64,000 nt of DNA, from NCBI GenBank assembly GCA_903929315.1, contig CAIYUC010000002.1, positions 7,626 to 71,625 on the forward strand. The letters run 5' to 3'. This document shows, in pieces, positions 8,332 through 16,026 of this stretch. The DNA comes from an uncultured Bacteroidales bacterium. Lineage in GTDB: Bacteria > Bacteroidota > Bacteroidia > Bacteroidales > FEN-979. Made by a program: the position numbers and the translations under genes. A model generated the notes under the pieces. The model saw only the letters and a list, made by a program, of their open reading frames with translations. It ran no database searches and was not told where the DNA came from. Positions within the stretch are counted from its first letter, which is position 1, and every line of letters begins with the position of its first letter.

Positions 8332-9537
8332 TTATTGTTTAATAAATTTCTTTACAGCAATTTCTTCTTCATTCTGGACTTTTATTATGTAAATCCCGGA
8401 TAATAAATTTGATATATCCACTGTAGTATGAATATCTTTTGCATTTAATCTTTTAAATATTTGTCCTTCGATATGTAAAATTTCCACATCGGATTTTGGA
8501 ACACATTCAATAGTGAGTCTATCACTGGCGGGATTAGGAAAGATAAAGAACTTAAATGAATTTTTAACCTCAATAACACCCGTACTATTACAGCTTCGCA
8601 TGGGACGACTTACCGTTACAAAATTTGAATCCACGGTTATAATACGGTAAGAACGATTAAACGCTGCCGCAGTTTGAACATAGCGGGGGCCGTTGGGCCA
8701 GTTCTCACTAATAGTATCTCCCTTTCTGTTAGCGACAACATTTTGATGTTCATGCCCGGCCAGCACTACATCCACATGATTTGAATCGCAGATATTCAGA
8801 AAATTGGTCCTGTTATTTTGGAGAGAGTTGGTAGCCGTGTCTAAAGTAGCAGCAGTAAAGGGAGTCCCATCAGAGTTTGTACCGGCAGCATTAACAGGTG
8901 GATGATGCATTACTATAATTTTTCTTTTGTTGCCGTTACTGCTTAGTATGTTTCTGAGCCAACTACATTGTGAATTTGAAAGCCCGGTTCCCATGATGAT
9001 TGCAGGGTTGGGGGGATATCCATATGGGCTGTCGTGGCCTGAACGGAGAAACACAATAATAGCGATATCAGTATTAATGACATAATCCATATCAGGTGCA
9101 ATGTATTTCGGATAATAAAAAAGTGTATCATTTGATATGGGTATGTGAATCGAATCGAATCCTGTCCAGTATTCGTGGTTCCCCGGTGTGAAGTAAATGG
9201 GGATGGTTTTGGAAGAATCAATAAAATATGCGCCGACAGCAGGGTTTGTAATTGTTGGAGGGAACAAGTGTTGTGTAATCGTTGGATACATTCCATAGGG
9301 TTGCTGGTTACCCACATCGGAAATATCCCCGGTTACAATAACAAATGCGGGTTTAGGGTCAAGGGCAGTAAATTCTTTTACCGCACATTGGAAGTATTGT
9401 GCATTGGTGTCACTATTCGAGGTAGGGATGTTGGACACGTGCATGTCGCTAATATGAACAAAAGAGAATTGGGCGAAAGCACTCAGCGCTGCCATACAAA
9501 CTGTTACGAAAAGTAAAATCTTTTTTTTCATGGTCAA
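8332..9537 (-). CDS. Secreted metallophosphoesterase with T9SS C-terminal sorting domain
   Basis: Signal peptide, metallophosphoesterase motifs (SDMHV, TGDISD, GNHEYW, VMHHPP, GHEHQN), and a C-terminal FPNPASDRLTI...GIYIIKV T9SS-type domain. Confidence 0.85.
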   Translation of the reverse strand: MTMKKKILLFVTVCMAALSAFAQFSFVHISDMHVSNIPTSNSDTNAQYFQCAVKEFTALDPKPAFVIVTGDISDVGNQQPYGMYPTITQHLFPPTITNPAVGAYFIDSSKTIPIYFTPGNHEYWTGFDSIHIPISNDTLFYYPKYIAPDMDYVINTDIAIIVFLRSGHDSPYGYPPNPAIIMGTGLSNSQCSWLRNILSSNGNKRKIIVMHHPPVNAAGTNSDGTPFTAATLDTATNSLQNNRTNFLNICDSNHVDVVLAGHEHQNVVANRKGDTISENWPNGPRYVQTAAAFNRSYRIITVDSNFVTVSRPMRSCNSTGVIEVKNSFKFFIFPNPASDRLTIECVPKSDVEILHIEGQIFKRLNAKDIHTTVDISNLLSGIYIIKVQNEEEIAVKKFIKQ

Positions 9538-9560
9538 TATAATGTAAAATGTCGTGGTTT

Positions 9561-10565
9561 TTATTTGTTTAAGAATTTTCGAATTCTGTTTGCTGCATTT
9601 TGTCTGATATTGTAATAGTAAAAAGGATAATCAAAGCTATGGTAAACACCCTTAGGAAACCCACTAAGTGAATCTAATATGGCTATTCTGGATTCATCAG
9701 CCGTAGAACAAACCAATACACCCTTTACTGTGTCCACACGGGCATCAGCATACTGCGTTATTTTTACCCAGACTCCTGCTTTATTTGGAAAGAATGACCC
9801 CAATCCTTGTATTGTGTCTGCTAAGGTTTCATCTCTCGTCCAAGTGATCGGATTGATAACAAGGCCTACTTCCCCATATAGTACAGGATTCACTCCAGTA
9901 AAATCATTGGCTTCGGTGTTATATGAAATAATCACTCCTGTATCATCAGGGCCAGTCGCAAATTTCAGGGGGGGATTCGCTTGAAGAAAGGCTTTTGTAA
10001 CGGGACCGCCGATAACATATGCAGCAATCATTCTTGAATAAACCCGAGGATTAGATTTCAGGTATCCTGATAATAGATTGCATACTATATTTGCCCCTTG
10101 AGAATGTCCGGCTATAATAAACGGGCGTCCCTGATTGAAGTGTTTGATATAGTAATCGAAGGCCGCGGTTGCATCCGTAGTAGGAATACCTGCAATAATA
10201 TTTAACCGGTTATCCGGCGATGAGTTGTCTTGCCGGTAGTAGGGTGAGTAAACATTAGCAGCGGTGTCAAAAGCAGTTGCCTGTCGGGCAAAAGCCTGAG
10301 CTGCACCTGCCATCATCAGGGAGTCGTCGATCGCGCAAATCATGGACTTGGAATTATCCTTTGTCCAAGATGTCGTTGGATACAGGTAAAAGACATCTGC
10401 TTTGTAAATTGTCGCAGGCAATGACAGCCAGTGAGCAGCTTGTGAGTAATCAACAGATGTAAAAACAGTGAGTGTATTGTTACTTTTCTTGCAACCATTG
10501 ATAATAATTACTCCAAATCCCATTATGATTAAAGGGTAAATTAAGGAGCTGATATTTGTTTTCAT
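9561..10565 (-). CDS. DUF3089-like alpha/beta hydrolase (lipase-like) lipoprotein
   Basis: Signal/lipobox (IINGC), ADVFYLYPT and GHSQG nucleophile-elbow motifs. Confidence 0.7.
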   Translation of the reverse strand: MKTNISSLIYPLIIMGFGVIIINGCKKSNNTLTVFTSVDYSQAAHWLSLPATIYKADVFYLYPTTSWTKDNSKSMICAIDDSLMMAGAAQAFARQATAFDTAANVYSPYYRQDNSSPDNRLNIIAGIPTTDATAAFDYYIKHFNQGRPFIIAGHSQGANIVCNLLSGYLKSNPRVYSRMIAAYVIGGPVTKAFLQANPPLKFATGPDDTGVIISYNTEANDFTGVNPVLYGEVGLVINPITWTRDETLADTIQGLGSFFPNKAGVWVKITQYADARVDTVKGVLVCSTADESRIAILDSLSGFPKGVYHSFDYPFYYYNIRQNAANRIRKFLNK

Positions 10566-10851
10566 GTTAGATTTTTAATTTGATGATTAAAGGAGCAGCA
10601 GAACTACTGGTGTTTTTCAAATCAGGTCTTTTTATTGGGGGTAGAATAATTCCTGATAAATACTTCTGGCTAAGCACCCGGCAGGAGGTCGGACTCACAT
10701 AGGATTTTTTGGATGTTGAGAAGGTGCACACGGTTTATCCTTGGAACAAGGTAAAGGTACAATATAAAATTATCATTGCAAGAAAAACTGGTTTTTAATA
10801 ATGGTTGATATATCGATATTCCAATTTGTGAGACATTTGGTTTAAATTCCC

Positions 10852-10928
10852 ATTTCCTCAATAAAATCAACTACTTTCAGGTAATCTGGAATGATTCTAA
10901 AGTTAGATAATTGGTCAGTTAAGTGTAC
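10852..10928. repeat. 77-bp repeat (1 mismatch versus 34461-34537) carrying a decayed gene 3' end
   Basis: atttcctcaataaaatcaactactttcagGtaatctggaatgattctaaagttagataattggtcagttaagtgtac. The minus strand translates to ...LSNFRIIPDYLKVVDFIEEMGI*. Confidence 0.9.
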
Positions 10929-11102
10929 TTTTTACCACTTGAAACCCACGTTAATCGTGGGTTTCTGTTTTTTAAGTGCCCAAATAAGTACCCAAAAGAT
11001 TTTTTTATATTCTTGAGGAGGTGGAAAGATCAAAGAATAATTTCAGTAAATCATGCATTTGACTATTAGGGATTCTCAATTTTTGTCAAACTTCTGTTTT
11101 GT

Positions 11103-11402
11103 TTATTCTAACAAACTGATTATACTTTCACTATTTTCATCGTTTAATTTTCCATTCTTAATGACATTTTCTTTTGAGGTATTAGCATAACAGTATACAC
11201 AAAAATGACTACAAGTGTTGTACATTCCAATGTCCTTGCTAATTAAACAACCACATTCCTTTCGCTGTCCTTTGTCTTTTAGTTTTTCAGGCGATATGTG
11301 CAATTCATCAAATTGTTCTGCGAACAGGCTGTTCTTTTCAGGCAATTTTCCGTATGAGAGATAGTACAATAATTCTTTGTCTTTGCTAAAAATACGTTTC
11401 AT
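11103..11402 (-). pseudogene. C-terminal fragment of a DUF1848-family protein
   Basis: Only 99 aa. It matches the C-terminal Cys-rich end of DUF1848 proteins as I remember them ([30 protein letters not shown]). Full-length members are about 3x longer. Confidence 0.55.
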
Positions 11403-11751
11403 ATTTCAGAAAAGGCAAACTGTTGGGAGCTTGCGCAAACAGTTTTAGAAAAAAAACAAGAGAGATTGAGACGGTCAAGACTAGCTTTTTCATATTATGG
11501 TAGTTCATTAATTGCTTTACTTTTGTGGTTCGCACAAAAGTAAAGCTCATTAGAATTCATAAAGTTTCAAGTTTGAACTGCCGCCATTGGTGACGCATAA
11601 TTATACCTTTCACAAATGTAATATTTTTGAGAGCGCTAAAACTTCTTCCAGGTAGACATTTTATTTCCATTACACTACATTAATTTACAAGAGAATTGAT
11701 AAGCTCCGTTTCCCGGAGCCTTTCTGCTATAGAGTGCCATCATCCGCAAAC

Positions 11752-11814
11752 GAATAATACCGGTCATCCCCGATGATGATATGATCCAGGACAGCCATAA
11801 GAAATACACGAATG
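11752..11814 (-). repeat. 63-bp direct repeat containing a RadC/JAB C-terminal remnant (copy 1)
   Basis: The minus strand reads MAVLDHIIIGDDRYYSFADDGTL* (RadC C-terminal signature VLDHIIIG..Y.SF). 62/63 identical to 14014-14076. A hairpin terminator gctccg-tttc-ccggagc lies downstream. Confidence 0.8.
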
Positions 11815-11947
11815 CCATGAATGACGAATAACGAATTCAGAAATAGCATTCGTCATTTGTCATTCAGGAATTCGTCATTGGTTAAATCCCTTCTTCTTTA
11901 GTTTTTTTATTAACAATTATATCACCTTTTGCCGGTTTGCCGGATTA

Positions 11948-12145
11948 ATGACAAAACTTAATATGGTAAAAATTGAAAAGAAATCACTGACATCGAAGGA
12001 GATAATCAGCAAAATTTACCGGATCAGGGGCGAAAAAATGATCCTTGATGAAGATCTGGCTTCACTCTATGGAGTTGAAGTTAAAAGGCTGGATAATGAT
12101 TATTTTTGGGAGATTAGAAGAAATACCCAAATATTATTTTCCTAG
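11948..12145 (+). pseudogene. Truncated ORF6N-domain (KilA-N-like) gene
   Basis: The first ~48 aa, and the upstream leader, parallel the intact paralog at 60953-61525 (MTKLNMxKIEKKS...IYxIRGEKxILDEDLAxLYGVEVKRL). The ORF then diverges and stops. Confidence 0.7.
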
Positions 12146-12672
12146 ACAATGAAGCCAAGATCCCGACATTTGTAAGATTTCATCTTCAGGACAGGTAGTT
12201 TACTGCCGTTACGAATCACTCTGCTGATAAATTCATCACATTCTTTTAGACTAAATGTTTTTTGTGTCAGAGCGCTGCATAAGAAATCCATTGTGGTAAG
12301 ATAATCAATGGAATGCAGATCGCAATATTGCCGTATATCTTTTAGGTTGCTGCTTGCAATTATATTATTGTTAAAACGAGCAACAGCCATGCAAGCACTT
12401 TCACCATCTCCTTTGAAGAGAGATTTCATAATATATACATACTCTTTTTTAATCTCTGGAGTATCCTCCGGAAACGGTAATAGAGTAAACGAACCTGATG
12501 CAAGTATTTTGTCAATTAACAGCTTCCGCTTATGAAACCGCTCTATTTCACAATAGACTTTATCAAGAAGTAGAATTTTGTTGTCCGGGAAAATCAGAGG
12601 AAGTATGTCTAATTTACCAGCAGAGATAAAATGAGAAATCACATCGGAATCAATAAGGATACTTCTATTCAT
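12142..12672 (-). CDS. PIN-like domain protein (DUF4411-like)
   Basis: N-terminal MNRSILIDSDV plus GDGESACMAVA and SSNLKDI acidic positions fit a PIN-like fold. Third gene of an XRE-ImmA triad, overlapping the ImmA stop. Confidence 0.6.
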   Translation of the reverse strand: MNRSILIDSDVISHFISAGKLDILPLIFPDNKILLLDKVYCEIERFHKRKLLIDKILASGSFTLLPFPEDTPEIKKEYVYIMKSLFKGDGESACMAVARFNNNIIASSNLKDIRQYCDLHSIDYLTTMDFLCSALTQKTFSLKECDEFISRVIRNGSKLPVLKMKSYKCRDLGFIV

Positions 12673-13411
12673 ATGTATTATTTTGAAGATCCTCGATTTC
12701 ATCTACATTCATGCCAAGGTCAATCAACAATGAAAAATAGTGGGATTCCGAAATTTTTTCCTGATCAAATAATTCACGTGCAAGGGAACCATAATCGCCC
12801 AAAACAAGGTTATTGTTTCCTGATCCATAGAGGTCTATAGAATATCCATGTTCAAGCGCACCTCGTTTCACATTCTGAGCAAAAACATCAATGTGGGCTT
12901 GATCAATAATGCCTAGTTGTTTAAGTCTATATAGTAGTGCTTGCCTGGATGTTCCAAAGTACTGTTCAATCTTTAGGATCGTTTTCAGATTGATTTTATT
13001 TTTTCCAAGTTCATGATCCGGGATCAGGGATTTTATGCCGGTTTCAGGAAGAAGGAAAACCGCAGCAAACAAGTCAGCATTATATTCCTCTCCAGATCGG
13101 GTATCGAACAATCCGACCGGACTTATACTGAATGAAAAATTCTGCTGAACGAATAAATGGTAACATTCATGTGCGATGGTAAAATTTTGATTTCCGATAG
13201 TTCGTGAGCTATTCACAAGGATAAATCTCTTAGTATCCATATCCTTGTTTACCTTGATTGACAGACCGCCGAAATTCTCTCTCAATGGTTTAAAAACAGT
13301 TATGACATTCAGCTTGGTAAGAAGGCTGCGTACCTGTATAGGATCGTTGTAACCAAGACCACACAAAGTTCGGAATTCGTTCGCCTTTTTTTCGATTATT
13401 AGGTTATTCAT
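12665..13411 (-). CDS. ImmA/IrrE-family zinc metallopeptidase (COG2856/DUF955)
   Basis: 248 aa with HEXXH motif in FTIAHECYHLF. Overlaps the XRE gene by 8 nt. Confidence 0.8.
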   Translation of the reverse strand: MNNLIIEKKANEFRTLCGLGYNDPIQVRSLLTKLNVITVFKPLRENFGGLSIKVNKDMDTKRFILVNSSRTIGNQNFTIAHECYHLFVQQNFSFSISPVGLFDTRSGEEYNADLFAAVFLLPETGIKSLIPDHELGKNKINLKTILKIEQYFGTSRQALLYRLKQLGIIDQAHIDVFAQNVKRGALEHGYSIDLYGSGNNNLVLGDYGSLARELFDQEKISESHYFSLLIDLGMNVDEIEDLQNNTYE

Positions 13412-13748
13412 GGCTAAGTTTCCTCTTCATATGGATATAATTCCGGACAATTTTTTGAAAATTAGCAATTAGAAGCATGTCCTCAGATGCAACATTGTTA
13501 GCCCTGAACGCAAGGGCAATGTTTAAGGTTTGCACTTCAGGATCTTGCTCAAAAAGGTCATACTCATCCACACAAAATAATGCTGCTGCTTTTGAAATCA
13601 ATTTTGAAGGAATTGCCCTATGTCCATTTTCATAGTAACTAATTTCTTCTCGTGTAACTCCCAAATATTCGGCAAATTGGGACTGACTTAGCTTCATTCT
13701 TTCCCTTAATTGCTTGATATTATTTCCAATAATGATGTTTTGGTTCAT
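13404..13748 (-). CDS. XRE-family helix-turn-helix regulator
   Basis: IKQLRERMKLSQSQFAEYLGVTREEISYYENGHRAIP is a classic Cro/C1 HTH. Confidence 0.85.
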   Translation of the reverse strand: MNQNIIIGNNIKQLRERMKLSQSQFAEYLGVTREEISYYENGHRAIPSKLISKAAALFCVDEYDLFEQDPEVQTLNIALAFRANNVASEDMLLIANFQKIVRNYIHMKRKLSHE

Positions 13749-13777
13749 GGTTCTTGACTTTTGGTGGCATGTAAATA

Positions 13778-13825
13778 ATGTTACAAATATAATATAATTT
13801 TATAATATAACAACTTTTGTAACAT
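13778..13825. promoter_or_regulatory. Inverted repeat atgttacaaa ... tttgtaacat upstream of the XRE gene (putative operator)
   Basis: 10-bp perfect arms at 13778-13787 and 13816-13825 flank a duplicated tataatata, 30-77 nt upstream of the XRE start. Confidence 0.45.
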
Positions 13826-14013
13826 AAATTTGAAATTTATTAATGATCCATTGGAACATTGAAAGCTGAATCCATTCTGCTATTGCACTTAAAATCAGGT
13901 TATGAACACAACGGTAACGATAGCTTTAAGATTATTAATAAGTAGACAATGTAAGTAGAAAAGCCCCGGAATACCATGGCTAAGACATTTATAGGTTGGC
14001 TTCAACAGCAAAA

Positions 14014-14076
14014 GAATAATACCTGTCATCCCCGATGATGATATGATCCAGGACAGCCATAAGAAATACACGAATG
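14014..14076 (-). repeat. 63-bp direct repeat containing a RadC/JAB C-terminal remnant (copy 2)
   Basis: MAVLDHIIIGDDRYYSFAVEANL* on the minus strand. The upstream 'coding' part is made only of gaatgac-type stutter words. Confidence 0.8.
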
Positions 14077-14170
14077 AACAAGAATGACGGATGACGAATG
14101 AGTAAGAAATACACGAATGACATGGATGACGAATAACGAATGATATTAAAGAATTCATCCATTGCGGATA

Positions 14171-14554
14171 TCATTCCTGGCATCCGTCATTCTTGTTCAT
14201 TCGTGTATTTTCTCTGGCTGTTTGAATACTTTTTACAATAATTGAAAGCAGCTCAGTGTTTTCCCTGATAAGCGGGGCAATCTTTTCTGTCGGATAGCTT
14301 TTGTTCCCATCAATCAGTTCAAGCCAATAATTGGTCTCATCCATTTCCTCTTCCGCAATTTTCAGCTTATTCACAAAATCCTTCCTGGACTTTAATCTGA
14401 ATGCTGCTCTGTAGTTTGCACCTGAGGATGTCGCGGACCTTACAAGTTGTCGTGCAAGGATCTGGGTAGAATAATCCTTGGGTAATTGAGGCACTGTTGC
14501 CAGGATTCTTAGGGCAAACGCTTTTGTCCGATCTTTAATGTTTTCTCCTTTCAT
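14171..14554 (-). CDS. Four-helix-bundle protein (23S rRNA intervening-sequence protein family)
   Basis: RQLVRSATSSGANYRAAFRLKSRKDFVNKLKIAEEEMDETNYWLELI is the family core. Flanked on both sides by gaatgacgaat stutter arrays (14060-14215, 14610-14800). Confidence 0.8.
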   Translation of the reverse strand: MKGENIKDRTKAFALRILATVPQLPKDYSTQILARQLVRSATSSGANYRAAFRLKSRKDFVNKLKIAEEEMDETNYWLELIDGNKSYPTEKIAPLIRENTELLSIIVKSIQTARENTRMNKNDGCQE

Positions 14555-14946
14555 AGTGTTTTTTAATGCTTAATCGGAGAAAAATGAAAAGGTGATACTG
14601 AAAAGCAAAAAATAATGACAAGAATGACGAATACTTTGGATGACGAATGAAATGCCAGGAACCGAAGAATTTCGAATCCTGTTGTAACATTTTTCATTCG
14701 TAATCCTTGTCATTCGCATATTTCATTCTTCATTCCTGCATGCCGGCAGGCAGGCGTGATTCTTGTCATTCGTGTATTTTCTTCTTTGCCCGAATCAACA
14801 AACGGGGCCTTTTCTATTTTTTCTCCCCTCCCTTGTAAATGATGCGTCTGGTTCTTACAGTTGGGTAGGGGCCGGGGGTGAGGTAGTGGATGTTATAGAA
14901 AAGAACAAGTCGAAAACAAATCTTTTAGTATTTACTTTTTAACTAA

Positions 14947-14960
14947 ATTGCACGTGCAAT
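14947..14960. promoter_or_regulatory. 14-bp perfect palindrome ATTGCACGTGCAAT upstream of the HNH gene
   Basis: Read directly, 57 nt upstream of the ATG at 15017. It shares the CACGTGCA core with the palindrome at 20935-20954. Confidence 0.45.
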
Positions 14961-15016
14961 CCTGTGCTGGTATAAATTACCTGGGGACAATTTCAATCGA
15001 CTAAAAGGTTGTTCAT

Positions 15017-15907
15017 ATGGATGATGCTATACGTCTGTTTGCTTTCAACTGGCTCACAGAACAAATGAAAATCCATGGAGACGTGCTCCCCAGAACACTT
15101 TTGGAAAGAGGGTTCATTTTTGAAAGCCAGGCAGTCCATCTCATAGGTCCCCAGGGAATATGGAAACCAAGGATGATGGAACTACCCATTACAATTACCA
15201 CCAAATTTGGTGGCCCTTACGATGATTCTTTTACCAGAGAAGGATTACTGGAGTATAAATATCGTGGACAAAACCCAAATCATCCGGATAACGTGGGCTT
15301 GCGGAAGATCATGCAATTGAAAAAACCACTTATCTATTTTTATGGAATTGCTCCAGGGAGATATTTTGTTGTACTCCCGGTTTTCATCATCAATGACAAC
15401 CCTTCTTCTTTAACATTTACTGTCCAGGTGGATGAACTGAAAGCCTTAAACCAATTATCCTCATGGGAAGATACCGATGCAACCCATTGGAGAAGGGCTT
15501 ACCTGACTACAAGTACGAAAGTTCGATTACATCAACGTTCTTTTCGTGAAAGAGTACTTATTGCTTATCAGTCACAATGCTCGTTTTGCCGACTAAGGCA
15601 CAATGAACTTCTTGATGGTGCACATATCATTTCTGATGGTGAAGAAAAAGGCGATCCCATTGTTCCAAATGGATTAGCCTTATGCAAAATCCACCATGCT
15701 GCCTTTGATAGCAATATTATTGGTGTTACCCCTGATTATGATGTGCACGTGCGTGAAGATATCCTTCATGAAATCGACGGTCCCATGCTGAAATACGGTC
15801 TGCAATCGCTTCAGGGGAATAAACTAATCCTACCAAATCATAGGAGAGACTATCCGGATAAGGAAAGACTCGAGTACCGGTACGATCAGTTCCGGAAAGC
15901 AGGATGA
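15017..15907 (+). CDS. HNH endonuclease (HNH_2-type) with uncharacterised N-terminal DNA-reader-like domain; restriction-like
   Basis: The C-terminal half reads FRERVLIAYQSQCSFCRLRHNELLDGAHIISD...NGLALCKIHHAAFDSNIIGV, the COG3440/PF13391-type HNH pattern. The N-terminal ~150 aa (YKYRGQNPNHPDNVGLR...PLIYFYGI) is of the kind seen in modification-dependent enzymes. Confidence 0.75.
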   Translation: MDDAIRLFAFNWLTEQMKIHGDVLPRTLLERGFIFESQAVHLIGPQGIWKPRMMELPITITTKFGGPYDDSFTREGLLEYKYRGQNPNHPDNVGLRKIMQLKKPLIYFYGIAPGRYFVVLPVFIINDNPSSLTFTVQVDELKALNQLSSWEDTDATHWRRAYLTTSTKVRLHQRSFRERVLIAYQSQCSFCRLRHNELLDGAHIISDGEEKGDPIVPNGLALCKIHHAAFDSNIIGVTPDYDVHVREDILHEIDGPMLKYGLQSLQGNKLILPNHRRDYPDKERLEYRYDQFRKAG

Positions 15908-16026
15908 GGAAGAAATACACGAATGACAAGAATGACAAATGACGAATTCAATAATAGAATTCGTGTATACGTCATTCGGCTATTCGTCATTGAAATGATG
16001 CTAGAAACCGGATGGTTTTTCGAAAA

